From the NCBI RefSeq assembly GCF_018350175.1, contig NC_058368.1, forward strand, positions 113,152,001 through 113,216,000: 64,000 nucleotides of DNA, in the 5' to 3' direction. Of the stretch, positions 50,878 through 63,092 are shown in pieces. The notes below the pieces were generated by a model that searched no databases, was not told the DNA's origin, and saw only the letters and a list, made by a program, of their open reading frames with translations. The position numbers and the translations under genes were made by a program. The first letter of the stretch is position 1. The number at the start of each line of letters is the position of its first letter. The stretch comes from Felis catus (Eukaryota).

Positions 50878-51400
50878 GATACCAGATAAGAACCTTTGAG
50901 TTGCAAGGTAGCTTGGATAGGGGTGGGGAAGGATTTAATGAATAAAGATGGGAATTTCAAAGAACCCAAGAGCAGGAAAGTGCTGAGCTTTGGGAACAGA
51001 AATAGCAGAAGTGGGAACTAGAAACTAGACAGGATGCCTTCCATTCTCTTGTTCTGAAGTGAACACTCTCTTGATGCCTCACTGGGTTCATTCTCCTCTT
51101 TTTGCATATAGCAGTTGCTTTACCTGTCCAGTCTACAGGATGGGATATGGGGCCCCACACACTTACTTGTTCTTGTCTCAACTGTCCAGAGACTTCTGGA
51201 CTATCTTTTAGTTCCATTTATACATCCCTAAGATATAAGACCCAATTGGCCGAACTTGGGTGAGCCACTCTTGGTCTAGGCTACTGTGACCCAGAGAGGC
51301 AGACCAGAGTAAGCAAGGAATGGACTGGAAAGAAAAAGACCTCCCCCTCTAAAGTACATACCACAGAAACAGGAGAAGAAGAAAGACTGAGAAGGCCAAC
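50878..51400. mobile_element. MLT1I/J-like MaLR LTR, degenerate
   Basis: CCTTTGAGTTGCAAG start; ATTGGCCGAACTTGGGTGAGCCACTCTTGG...CTGTGACCCAGAG internal motif. Confidence 0.45.
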
Positions 51401-53647
51401 TGGCTGGCATCTGTTGAGCTCCTGCCAGGTACCTTACTATGTTCCAGATGCTCTAATGAATGTGAGGGAATAAAATGTGATCCTCTAAGGGACTAGCTGG
51501 AGAGACCAGACAGAACAGACAGTTTCTGAGCAGTATGAAATAGTATTTACTCAATACCTAAGTTATGTGGCCCACATGCAGTCTTCAGAAGTTCGGAGGG
51601 TGACTAGGGTCTGTGGCAGTGAGGAGGAAACTGAAGTTGACTGTGGCAAGCATCTGCTAGATGTGTTCACATGTTCTGTCTGATTCCAGCCTCTCATGTA
51701 TAAATGCTGTGTAAGAAAACTCCCTGGAGGATAGAGGGAAAGGGCATTCTAGGGGCGCTAATGGTGTGAACAAAGACCTCGCTGTGGGAAAGACCATGGG
51801 ACATTCAAGTGACTGGTGGAAATGAGGCAGAAAATGCTTTGGAAACAGAATTTGAGGAAAGAAGTTTAATAAGAGAACAAACTAGTAAAATCATCACCAT
51901 CTTTTATTCTGTTTATATCTTGATCCCTGTGACGGTGGGCCAGGCTTTGCAACTCAGCATTGGGGATAAAGAGACGAGTGGGATGTAGCTCAGACTGAGA
52001 GGAGACCACAGCCTAGTGGACAGAGGAACCGGTGATGGGAACAAAGGCATACGCTTCACGCATTTCAGAGACTGAAACATCACCTACGGATCCTGGTTTC
52101 TCTGTCGCTGAGCCGTGTTTTGCCATGGCAAATAGGGAAGGCCAAGGATTCAACCCAGAACATCATGACTGCAGGTCTCAATGTGGCTCCATCATTTTAA
52201 AGGACACCTAGAGAGATTTGAAAAAGACGGTCAGTAATCTAATAGCCAAGACTTTGGGGGATGTTAGGGTTATCCAGTACCCAAAACAACAGCCCGCTGA
52301 AGACACTACTCTCTAATACCAACCATGCATAATACCCAAAAAAGTTGCTGCCAAACCATTGGGCAACAACTTTGCAATGCTGTTCATATAGAATAAATCT
52401 CATTTTTAATAAAAATGTATCTTTAAGATATACACAACGATTACCCTAGAAATAGATTGAACCGTCTATTATATTGATATATATACAATCTCAGAAATTT
52501 GTCTCTAGTGCCCGGTTTACTCTACACCAACAGAATTTAGAGCTCCATAAAAATACTTTATAGCATTCAGGCAGCAATGTTCCTATTTCTTATGCGGATA
52601 CATTGGAAATGTGGTTGGAGCTGTCATTCACCACTGGCACTTAAATGTTTTTCACAAATAGTTGCTGCCTTAAGAAAGCATCACCAAATAAAATGTTTTT
52701 ATTTGGTTCTTTGATGATATGTCAATAGACATTAAAATAAAAACTTCCTTGTACTGAGGTGCTATAGCACCCTTCAGAATAGTTTCCCGGGAAGCTGGAG
52801 GGTCTCTGAAGAGCCATCAGTGGGGATGAGGAGGTGGAGTAGGGGTTGGTTATTACCTTTTAAAAGGATGGCTCTGTCTATTGGCCGCTTCGCCTTTACT
52901 GAGAAGGTGGGAGCATAATAGAATTTTAGTAAGATGTACCCTTACCTGTTCAAAAGAGGATCATCATATCCCTATGTCTCCTGTCTCGGCCTCTCAGGAG
53001 AGGGCGTACCTGCAGGGAACACGTGTCTCTACTCTCCAGACACCAACAGTACGCAGGTGTCCCTTTCTTTAAGTAAACTTCTTTTGCCCCAGCGAGCGAA
53101 GGAAGAGGATGATGTGTAGATTTTACACAGTGATTCATCCATAATCTATTTAAATAAGGAGGCCTGAAAGGGCTTTGAAAGCGGACTTTGGCATCCATAA
53201 ATTAGATTGGCCTGCCCAATGGTATTGCTTGGGATGGTTCACATAAATATAATAATAATAGTATTACTAAAGTTAACAGTAGCACTCCATTAAGCCACCT
53301 TCTTTGCTTTCATTTTGTCCGTAGCACTTAACCATTGAATTGACTATTTTATTTTTTGTTTACTGCTTATCTTCTTCCACTAGACTGTAAGCCCTGTACG
53401 GGCAAAGGTTTTTCTCTCCCCCCCTCCTTTTTTTTTTTTTTTTTTTGCCTCCACTGAGTCTGTCCTCAGTACCTGGAACAAGGCTGGCAAAATGCATGTG
53501 ATCATTAAATATTTTTGAACACATTAAAAAGGTAACCTTTAGTAAGTCTTGATTATATCTTTTGTCTCATTTGATTACTACAATAGCATGAGTAATACAA
53601 TGTATTATTCCCATATTATTTTTAAAAAATAAATGAATCTATTTTTC

Positions 53648-53862
53648 TTTTCTTTTAAATTTTTTTAATGTTTTACTTATTTTTGAGACAGAGAGCATGA
53701 GCAGGGGAGGGACAGAAAGAGAGAGAGAGACAGAAAACGAAACAGGCTCCAGGCTCTGAGCTGTCAGCACAGAGCCTGACACAGGGCTCGAACTCACGAA
53801 CTGTGAGATCATGACCTGAGCCGAAGTCGGATGCTCAACTGACTGAGCCACCCAGACGCCCC
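53648..53862 (-). mobile_element. Feline CanSINE
   Basis: TSD AATCTATTTTTC at 53636-53647 and 53863-53874. Confidence 0.96.
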
Positions 53863-53889
53863 AATCTATTTTTCATATAAAGAGTAAAT

Positions 53890-55480
53890 ACCAATACAGC
53901 TTAGATCATGGTTTTAAAATACCATTTGCCATTAAAACAAAGGCTTCCTACAGAAATGGCTGATTCCAGATCTGGGGTGGGAGGTGCACAGAATGAGACT
54001 GGAGCATCTTGTTATACAGAAAGCAAGGAAGCAATCAGAGACTACTTGAGTTGTATCAAAAGGTTTAAGAGGCCAACTTGAAAGGACTCCCACTGGCCAA
54101 AGATGGGGCATTTAAGTGTGAAAAGAATAACTACAATTGGTTGAAAACCTTGAACTCTTAACATCCATTTGTTCATAATGGTAGTTTAAAAAAATCAGAT
54201 TGGTCGCTTTAAAGTGGTAAATAAGAGAAAAGAATCAAGACTTCCTGTTCAGCTCAGAGACAGACAGCTGGAAGAAGACAAGCATTGTTCCCACACAGCA
54301 GGCAAAAAAAGGTAGAGAAACTACAAATAAATGCATTTTCTTGAATTTTCAGAATCAAGTCACAGGGCAAATCGCTAACCTGAAATCTGGTGTCAAAGAC
54401 AAAACACAGCAGATAATTAAGGAGATGATTTTATTCAGATGACTGCAATAGGGACATCACCCCAGATTCTGAGATGGGGGCATCTGTCTCAGTGGGATGG
54501 TTTTGCCTTAGACTTTATAGGGAGTGGAGACAGGTTACAAGTGGGGGATTTACAGTTGGGATTCTTTTGTAATCGGAACTCTCAGGCACCTCTACTAAAA
54601 ATAGCCATTTGTGTGTCCATTTGTGTGCCGGTGGGGGCTAAGCAATTCTAACTTGAGCTATTCACTCATGACACACACACACAAAAAACAGGCAGTTGGG
54701 CTGAGGGTGGAAGTTGGAGGATCTTTATATGGCTTTGTCCACGGGTTCAGGGGAAAGGGGGAAGGTCTGTGTTTGACACCTCACAGGGAAACCCAGGGGT
54801 CATCCTGCGTCTTACACAAGTCATGACAAAGAGTAAACAGAAATGTTTACCTGAGTCATAGGGGGAGTGGTTCTTGGTGGTAAGTCGCTTCCTGAGACAC
54901 AGAATGGTTGGCGGGGTTTCCTAAGTGCTGCTGTGTGAAAGGAGCACAGGACTCAGGTGAAGTTCAACATTGTCATTGGAGAGACAGGTGTCTGCCAAGT
55001 GTCTCCCAATCTGCAGCTGCTCACCTGGAGCAGACTAACAGACGCCGTCGGTGTCCACAGATTCAGGTGGAAACTTCTAAGGAATTCCCAAAGGCTGGGT
55101 GTGGGCTATATTGAGAGTGTGAATCCCAGACATAGGAGGTTTGCAAACTCGTAGGTGTGTTTTCTGAGGAAGCCCACCAGGTGTTCAGCTCAGTGCTTGC
55201 TGCGGAGGTGAATGGCAGACCCTGTTGAAACCCCACTGAGATCTATCTCCCCTGTGAAACAAAAGCCTTCATCTTTCTGAGGAAGAGCAAAACAAAACAA
55301 ACAAAAATACTGTGGCCTTACTGGGCTGGAGGCGATCCATTGCACCTGAGTAAGGGGGACGTGCAGGGAAAAGGGCAGGCGTAGAAGCACGAGAGAGATT
55401 TTCTCTGAGAAGAAGGGCAGAGGGAGACCCAGTGCCAGGCAGGGAGCAAACATGGAGAAGAACACTTCAGAGCACGGTGG
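53890..55480 (+). mobile_element. Old L1 (L1MC/L1MD-like) 3'UTR segment followed by an L1M 5'-region segment, interrupted by an LTR
   Basis: GAAATGGCTGATTCCAGATCTGGGG...GAAAGCAAGGAAGCAATCAGAGACTACT...CCCACTGGCCAAAGATGGG; GTCACAGGGCAAA...CTGAAATCTGG|AGAGACAGG is continuous across the LTR. Confidence 0.65.
54391..54975 (-). mobile_element. ERV1 solo LTR of the MER89/MER90/MER110 group
   Basis: Minus strand begins TGACAATGTTGAACTTCACCTGAGTCCTGTGCTCC and ends CCCTATTGCAG...GAATAAAATC...TTTGACA; 4-bp TSD CTGG/TTGG. Confidence 0.85.
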
Positions 55481-55699
55481 GCCTACTCACGATGGCAACA
55501 GGTTCAATAGGTTCATAGCTGGTACTTTTTTAATCGGGATAAGATATTTCTATTTTGTCTTTTTGCCTTTTTTTTTCTACATCATCTACGAATAATTAAC
55601 TTTCTTGTGACTACTTGCCACGAATTTTTATCCCTTCCTTTTCAACCTTCCTACCTCAGTTTGTTTTAGATCTGCTGCGTGTAAAAGCTCATGAGTGCG

Positions 55700-57290
55700 T
55701 TGTTGTTGGTATTTGTTGTGGTGATATTTTATACATGGCCTCTTTGAATCCCTCCAGAGATGGATCCTTTGAGGATTGAGATAGGATCGTAATATTGTTT
55801 AAAGCTGCTCGTTTGGCCTAATCCTCTGTTAGAGCATTTTCTTTAGCTCTTAGATTATCTCTTGGTAATAGTCATCTCTCTAGATCTCTCTAGATGAAAC
55901 AGCTTCTTGTAGTTAGGAGTGCCTGGGGAAGAAGACTGCTAAAGAGCTCCTCCAGATGACAGACGGTGGGTTGGTGGGTTCATGTTTGGGCCCTCCAAGC
56001 AGCGAGGCTCTCACTGAGGATTTCACCAATTTGTAAAGAGGTGTTGCCATCTCAGAAAAATTTGGCATCCATTGTCTGCAATATCCATTTAAACTCAAAG
56101 TCATCTCCATTGCGAGGAGTCTGAGATCTGTTTCAGTAGCCTTCAGTCTATCAGGAGGAAGTACTTTTCCCTCTTTAAATAGGTCATACCCTAAATAATA
56201 AGTTATTTGACAAAATTTACATGTGTCTTTGAAACTTAACTCCCTTTTCTCCTAAGACTGAGAACAAGTGAATGTCATTCTCTTCCACAGGTTTCCTTGT
56301 TCTCTGAACAAAGTAGCAGATCATCTCCATGTTTCATCAGAACTGAATCACAGGGGGAATTTGGGTCTTTTAAAGTCTCAGTTGAGGACTTGGGAAATGG
56401 TGGAGGGGACATCACTGAACCCCTAGCCCATGACTGTCCAGAAACCCTGACCACCCTGGTTTAGAGGCACCCTGAAAAAAGGCAGAGCTAAGACCCGCTA
56501 TAGTGAAGCAAGAGGCTTCAGGATGAATTGATGACAGCATGCTATTTATGTACTTCTCAGAAGTAAGAAATAATAATTTTGTTGATGGTCCCAAGGTGTT
56601 GAACAAGTGGGTATCTCCATCCACTTGGTTTCTTTCCTGGCAGGATAGAAATGTTACTAGGATAGGATATGGGACGACTGCCTTTGGATATAAGGCTTCC
56701 AAATAAATTTGATCCTTCTTTTTTACCTCCGGTTTCAAAGAATACTGCAGAAGTTTAGGTAATGGTGGTGTGGTAGGGTCTATCTGAACTTTTGTATGTT
56801 CTGTTCCAATTATTTTGCCTATTATATGTGAAATTTTTAGCCTATAGAGTGGCAGGTACAATATCAAGATCCCTATCTGGGATTTGCATTAAACATAGTG
56901 GAGGAAGCCAAGGTTATCCAGAGCAGACACAACTTAGGAATAGAAGACTTCCCTAGAACCTGAAGAAATAGTCCCTCTGGTATGTATTTGATTTCACAAT
57001 TCAATTTGCTAAGTATGTCTTCTGTTACATTTTTACAGGTAGTATCTCAGAGCAGGAAGACATGTTTTTCAGTCAAGGACCCAAGCATTAGTTCAAGGAC
57101 TTAGAGATACGGAAAATCTCTTATTTGATAATGAGTTGAAATACGTAGCACCTGTGTTGCATGTTTACTTGGAGGAAGAGGTTGCCCAAAGGTGGCAGGG
57201 TTTAATGCAGGAAGAGTAGCACCATGTGTTTTTAATTCCAAGTAGCACCTGGAATTGATGAGGATGAGTATCTGTTTACAGTTCTCTTTG
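55700..57290 (-). pseudogene. pol: Decayed ERV1 pro-pol (protease, RT, RNase H C-terminus)
   Basis: Minus-strand remnants: protease ..GATLPALNP (about 57200-57270); RT motif A CFTIAGLSSAFF (about 56475-56515); WTVMG*GFSDVPS (LPQG motif, 56401-56440); LMKHGDDLLL (YVDD, 56311-56340); GYCRQWMPNFSEMATPLYKLVK (about 56020-56090); RNase H ENALTED*AKRAAL (about 55800-55845). Confidence 0.9.
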
Positions 57291-57449
57291 CTTAAGGGCA
57301 TGTGTTGTGAGTTTAGCTAAACTACTCCCTAGCGTTACTGCCCTGGCATCCATTTTGTGTGGTCTGTTGGCCTGAAGAGGCTTTGAAGTGGCACCCTCCC
57401 TCAAGTGGATACCCCAGAGAGCAGCCCAGAGAGTCACAAATAAAGGTAA

Positions 57450-57818
57450 GTTCTCGTGTGACTCCCCCAATGGTCCTTGTGATCAAGGTCTCCTCTGCCT
57501 CTCAGGACCTTCCCCTTGCGGGCCCCTTAGATTAGCTCACTGAGAAGCTTGACAAAACCTCCCTCTTTTCGATCCATATTGACCATTGTGACCTGAGCCT
57601 AGGAGCACCAAAGCCATCCACTGTGCACCCTAATACAGGCACGTGCCCCAGGTGCTGCCCCCAACCCTGCTTGCCCTGCATGGCCCCAGGAGGTGTGCCT
57701 TTTACTTCTCCAGGACTCATGAGGAATAAACATCTCTTTTTGAATTCCGTTGCGATCTTCTGTTGAACTGAGGCACACTGACCTGCCAAGGCTCCACTTC
57801 ACGAGTGTGAATATAACA
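57450..57818 (+). mobile_element. Plus-strand LTR (MER76-like) inserted between gag and pro; left boundary uncertain
   Basis: TCTCCAGGACTCATGAGGAATAAAC (AATAAA 57725-57730), ending ...GAATATAACA at 57818; interrupts ERV coding remnants. Confidence 0.55.
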
Positions 57819-58079
57819 AACTCGCAGCAGTATGGTGGGACGCTGGGCACGTTTTCCTTCCTTGGAGCACCTAATGAAGGCGTTTTTCTTTGTACTGGTT
57901 TTTCTCTTATAAGATGGGACAATCTATTCTCCAAGTGTTCTTCTGTTAACAAGATCCACTAATGTCCTTGTCAGTAGGTGGTTGGTTGTGGTAGGGGCCA
58001 CCTAGGTCTTTGGTCTTTATGGTTGGTTTACTCTGTGTCTTGTCTCATTTTTTGGTCTAAAGCCCTATCACAATGTTCT

Positions 58080-58467
58080 CTTTTTTAAGCATTTTTAAAA
58101 AGTTTTAATTTAAATCCAAAATAGTTAATGTAGAGTGTAGTAATAGTTTCAGGAGTAGAATTTAGTGATTCATTACTTGCATACAGCATCCAATGCTCAT
58201 TCCAACCAGTGTCCTCCTCAATGCCCTCTACTCAACACCCCTCCAGCAACTCTCAGTTTGTTCTCTGTATTTAAGAGTCTCTTATGGTTTGCCTCCTTCT
58301 CTGTTTTTATCTTATTTTTCCTTCCCTTCCCTTATGTTCATCTGTTGTGTTTCTCAAATTCCACATATGAGTTAAATCATGATATTTATCTTTCTCTGAC
58401 TTATTTCACTTAACCTAATACCCTCTAGTTCCATCCACGTTGTTGCAAATGGCAAGGTTTCCTTTCA
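58080..58467 (-). mobile_element. Carnivore L1 3' end inserted in ERV gag
   Basis: TTTCAGGAGTAGAATTTAGTGATTCATTACTT...TTCCATCCACGTTGTTGCAAATGGCAAG; flanking repeat AATGTTCT at 58072-58079 and 58468-58475. Confidence 0.9.
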
Positions 58468-58756
58468 AATGTTCTTCTGGGTGTTGTAGTTGAGCTCACC
58501 GGGCTTTTTCCTGTTCTGATTTCTCTTTTTAGATTAGGTCTTCAATTTCAAGTTGACAAAATGAGATGAAAGGGCCCCTGCTCCATCAATACCTTTAACT
58601 CTTGAGTGTTGTCAAAAGTTATTTTTTAAACCATCCTGAGAATATCCTATAGTTTCATTTTGTTTATTTGCATGATTGAATTATGCTCCATCAATATTAG
58701 GGGAATGTTTCAGGTATACCTCTTAGGAGATGGCTTTTCTGGTTCTTTTTTCTTCT

Positions 58757-58793
58757 TCCTTCCTTCCTTCCTTCCTTCCTTCCTTCCTTCCTT

Positions 58794-58833
<40 letters not shown>
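58757..58833. repeat. (TTCC)n-(TC)n compound microsatellite
   Basis: Read directly. Confidence 0.95.
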
Positions 58834-58836
<3 letters not shown>

Positions 58837-60224
58837 ATTTATTGTGGAAAAAAGGTCCCATTCCAGATCATTCCAATCAGATTTTGCCATCCAGCATTTA
58901 GCATCTGATGGTCTGACCAACATGTATACTAGTTGATATATGTCCGGTAATCCTAGGTCATAAGTACCCAAAGAATTGTAAATTCTCCTATGAATGTTTG
59001 CTTATCTTATTTGTGTTTAGGGAAATCTTTAATCCCTGCTGTTAATTCAGCTCATGTCCAAGTCTTAAGTTTCTCAGTTGCTTGTACACCTGGCTCATGG
59101 GAGGGATGGATCCTCACAGGCATTTTGTGGTTTCAGGGAACTCAGTAGAAGATAGGGCTTCTGGACAAGGGGAATGGTGGGGAGGAAGTGTACGAGGAGA
59201 GGGATCAGAAGGACAAGGTGGGGTGGGTGGGTAGAGAGCTGGATATAGAGAAACAACCAGGGGACAAGGAGGGGAGGATTTACTAGGGAAGTGAGTCTAC
59301 TTTGTTTTTGCTTAAGTTGTCACATAGCTCTTTAGTTTTGGCCAAAGAATCTTTTAGTGAAGCAAGTGCTCATCCAGAATTTCATTTAAAGGCCTCTGCA
59401 TAGCCAGAAAAAAAATTCTGCTCAATGGGTTTATGAAATCTTATTCCCTTCCTTTTCTAAGGTACCTCTCATATGAACAATTGTATTCAAATCAAGTGTT
59501 CTCAAGATTGGCTCCTGAAGGCCCAAATTATCTGTGGTGAGGCTTTGCCATTTAGAAAGATAGACACAAGAAATAGGATTTTAATCATAGCACATACAAG
59601 AAACAGGGGTTTTCCAGGTGGAGGACAGGATTTAGATTTAGATGACCCCATGAAAGCTTGGCAGGAATGTAAGGCTTAGGCACCTTGTGTCTCGAGCCCC
59701 TGACCTGACTGCTGGTCACTGCCTAATGAAAGCCTGACATTCTCTGCCCCCAGCAGTTGGAAAACCAGAGAGAACATTCTCTCTGGTCAAAACCAAGCAC
59801 TCAGAATGCAAAATACACAGAAGGAAAACCTTTTTTACTTTGATTAGTGAGCTATAGCAGTTGGTTCAGTGTATGCTGATCTGGTGAGAACTGAAAACCC
59901 AATGTTCTATGAGGCCAGTTTGAACAACAGGCTTATACAACATTTCCCTGCATCCTGCCCTCTTAGTCTCCTTCTTATCGCACTTTTGGACACCACAGCA
60001 GAAAACGGTAACACAAGAGACAGCAAAACAGAGATGAAAAGGAATGATCTGTTGACTAAGGATGCCATTATAAACCAATAACAAAACCCATGTACCAAGC
60101 TGAGGATAAATAGCCAAGAAACTCAACCCAAAGAAAGCAGAGTTCAGACCCATTGCTTGCGTCTGGCCTTATGGGCCCCACAGCTGGTTGAAGGTTGGGC
60201 CCATGTAGTGCACAGTGCAGGCAA

Positions 60225-60242
60225 GGCTCAGGGGAGCCTCCA
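60225..60242 (-). other. Degenerate retroviral primer-binding site (tRNA-Gln or tRNA-Thr type)
   Basis: TGGAGGCTCCCCTGAGCC begins 8 nt after the LTR end; 13/18 to both TGGAGGTTCCACCGAGAT (Gln) and TGGAGGCCCCGCTGGGAT (Thr) as remembered. Confidence 0.6.
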
Positions 60243-60249
60243 CAATAAC

Positions 60250-61164
60250 TATGGAAATACATAAGGACCAAGCGAATTAGACCAAGCAAAGGTTACTTAT
60301 TCATAGTTCTCTGTAGCAAGGGAATCAGCCACCATCACTTGCCTTTGGCAGAGACTCAGAGGCAGACAGAGGAGGGAGGAAAATGGGAAAACTTCTGGAA
60401 GGAAGCTGTAGGGCATCGTGTATGATTGGTTGGGAGTACATATTTTGCTTTCTCTGCTTGGTGTTAAGTTGGAAGCAGGGACAACATTCAGGAAGTTGTT
60501 AGTTATTAATAAAGTCCTGGCCTTTGGGGGATGATTGTACTGAAGTTGATGTTTGGCTTTCTAAGTATAATTTGTAGAAAGCAGCCTGGCTTCTTTTGGT
60601 TAATTACCTCCTCAAGAGCTTCCCAGGTATAATTTGAAACTGACCCCTGTATGTAGAGGACAGGAAGAGACTGAAGAAAGACGCACCTTGCTCCTGGTTG
60701 GTGGGTGATACTTTTAGTAAACAAAGGGAACTTATATACAAGGTTTGTCTTGGGTGGCATCAAGACAAATGGACCCTTGCACATGCCCACCAAATCTTTA
60801 AAGTTTGTACAGAGGCCTTACTGGGTTCGGGCATATATACTGTGCACATGTTCTCAGCTTTACATCCCTATCTCAAGGCTCTGTCTTTGGAGCAGTATCT
60901 GGGCATGGAAGGGCAAACAGAACCCACATTCCAAGGACAGGGAAGGAGATGAGGAATCTGAAGTCACATGGGTCCAGCTCACAGGTCAGCTGGGAGTCAT
61001 GTCTTCTCAGTGTTCTTTTCCACTCGGCTTCCTAGGATGGTTAATGTAGACAATAGTGTAGATAATAATGTAGGTTGTAACCAACTAGGCTGCTTGTTGC
61101 AGACTGTGGGTAAAAGTTCTCTATTTTTATATATAGTCTGGTTGTCTGTATGTTCAGTTTTTCA
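60250..61164 (-). mobile_element. 5' LTR of the provirus (LTR68-like ERV1), split by a second LTR
   Basis: Minus strand TGAAAAACTGAACATAC...ATATATAAAAATAGAGAAC, CCTGCTTCCAACTTAACACCAAGCAGAGAAAGCAAAATATG, GAGTCTCTGCCAAAGGCAAGTGATGGTGGGCTGATTCCCTTGCTAC; matches LTR68 from memory. Confidence 0.8.
60594..61025 (-). mobile_element. Carnivore/laurasiatherian ERV1 solo LTR (CarLTR1-like) nested in the LTR68-like LTR
   Basis: Minus strand GAGAAGACATGAC...GTGAGCTGGACCC...CCTGTCCTTGGAATGTG...CCCAAGACAAACCTTGTATATAAGTTCCCTT; flanking repeat GGCTTC at 60588-60593 and 61026-61031. Confidence 0.75.
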
Positions 61165-62322
61165 TGTTACTCTGATGTTTATTCTTGTGTATGTATTCTG
61201 AGTTTGCTATCAGATTTTAGACTTTTACATGTATGCTTAATACTATCTTACCAGACACTCAGTGATCGCTTTCAAACTGAGGACTCATCAGTGTCGATCT
61301 TCAGTTCTTGGCTATTATTTCGTGGCTTATTGCTATCTCTCCATTATCAGTCTCGATCTCCAGAACTTCCATTAGAAGCTTGTTGGTTTCTGGATCTTTT
61401 ATATTTTCTAACTTTCTTCCTTTTCATCTTATTACCCTTTTGGCTGAAACTGAAAAAATTCCTTAATCTTCCAGCTCACTCACTATTTCTCTTTATGTAT
61501 TTAATTGGCTTTTTAGTCAATCTATTGGGAATTTTACCCCTATTAATTATTTTTTTCACTTTAGGAAGTTAATAAACAATGTGTTTTGTTTAAAAGTTTC
61601 TCTCTTGAGTGTGCTATCTTTTTTTAAAAAGGCTTCTTCCCAGTGACGTATAGATACAAAGAATTACTTTGTCCTCCTGTACAAATGTTGCCATTGGTTA
61701 ATAAGTTTGTTGGCTCTTTGAATATTGGATGATTTTCCTGAATTTCCTCCAGTATTAGGTGATTTTTGATTGTGTGGTTAGCTCAGTGATTGAACTTTCC
61801 TGTTAAATTATCCACCATCTCTACACTTTGGGATGCTAGCAGGTGTTACTGTTTTGAATGAACTCTGTATGGTGGGAATTGGCAAGAGTGGCTGAATGGT
61901 TGGGTGAGTAGCTGGCAATCTGTGCTTGAGCACCCATTTGTCCTGGCATTGGAAATACTGTCTAGCCTCTTTGATCCCAGCTTCCACCTGCAAACAGATG
62001 TCCCTCATTGTTGCTGCCTGGTCCCTGAGAAGAGGAGGAATGGTGCACAAGGTTTTATCTGCCTGGAATGCCTCAACTTAGCACCCATTTCATTATTTCT
62101 GGGTTACATCATCTCAGTGTCATTTGTAATGCCATTTCCAATATTTTTATGCTATAATTTTCTTTCACAGAGTCCCCCATCCTGCCATGCCCACACTTCT
62201 AGTTTTTTAAGCATAGACATACATTTTTATTTTAATGTATTTTCTGTAATTTATTTAAAACAGTTGTAGAAAACAGAAGATTGCTACATGTGTTTGGTTG
62301 GAAATCTTGGAAATTTTTAGTC

Positions 62323-62774
62323 TAGTTGTTTTTAAAGTGTGGTCCAAGAATCCCTGGGGGGTCCCTGAGACCTTTTCAGGGATCCACAGAATCTTTCCTT
62401 TTTCAAATTTGTATGTGTGTGAGAGTAGATTCTCTTGATATACTTCAACCAAAACAACATATTGCCGATAGATTGAATGCTGAAGCAGATGTGAGAACTC
62501 AGTGGTCTTCTATTAAATCAGACATTAAAGAGTTTTAGAGAAATATTGAACAGTGCTACTCTTCTCATTAATTTGTTTTTGTTTGGGAATATATATTTTT
62601 CATAAAATATGTTATTGATATTAACATGCAATAGGCTAGTTATCATTATTTGAATTTGTAAACATTTAATACAGACAGATATAATGAGCCAGATAAACAA
62701 TAGATCCTTGAGGTCCTTAATAATTTTTTAAGAGTTTAAAGGGACCTTGAAACCAGAATGTTTGAGAACTGCAG
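62323..62774 (+). mobile_element. Charlie1-derived hAT deletion element
   Basis: Termini ..TTTAAAGTGTGGTCC and GTTTGAGAACTGCAG; carries the hATC C-terminal remnant RLNAEADVRTQWSSIKSDIKEF. Confidence 0.85.
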
Positions 62775-63092
62775 TATTGGTGCCATTTTAGTTGTAGGAC
62801 TCTTTGCCCAAGGGTCTCAGTTGGGGGATGGTGCACCAAGAGCCACCCCTATGTAGTTTGATTGCAGAGCCTGTATTCAGAACCACCGTGCATATTGTTT
62901 TTCTGTATGGCAGCCATCTTCTTATTATCTGCAAGTGTAGTTTTTATATTACTGATTGTAGTATGGAGAAATTCAAAGTGTTATCATACTGGAATAGGGC
63001 ATGTGTATACAGGGTGTGTGTGTGTGTGTGCACACGTGCATGCATGCACACATTTTTCCATTCCCTTTGTAAATAATATAAATTTATATATT

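Larger units (their letters stand above)
57820..59651 (-). pseudogene. gag: Decayed ERV1 gag
   Basis: ATG at 59651 reading MGSSKSK (MGxxxS myristoylation motif); matrix-like KWQSLTTDNLGLQEPILRTLDLNTIVHMRGTLE; Pro-rich segment with SLYPALY (about 59231-59254); degenerate zinc knuckle ..WRIDCP (about 57917-57960). Confidence 0.8.

Noticed and set aside
54391..54975. Possible 3' LTR of the adjacent provirus
   Set aside because: Different sequence from the 60250-61164 LTR, has its own TSD, and sits within L1 sequence, so it is an independent solo LTR.
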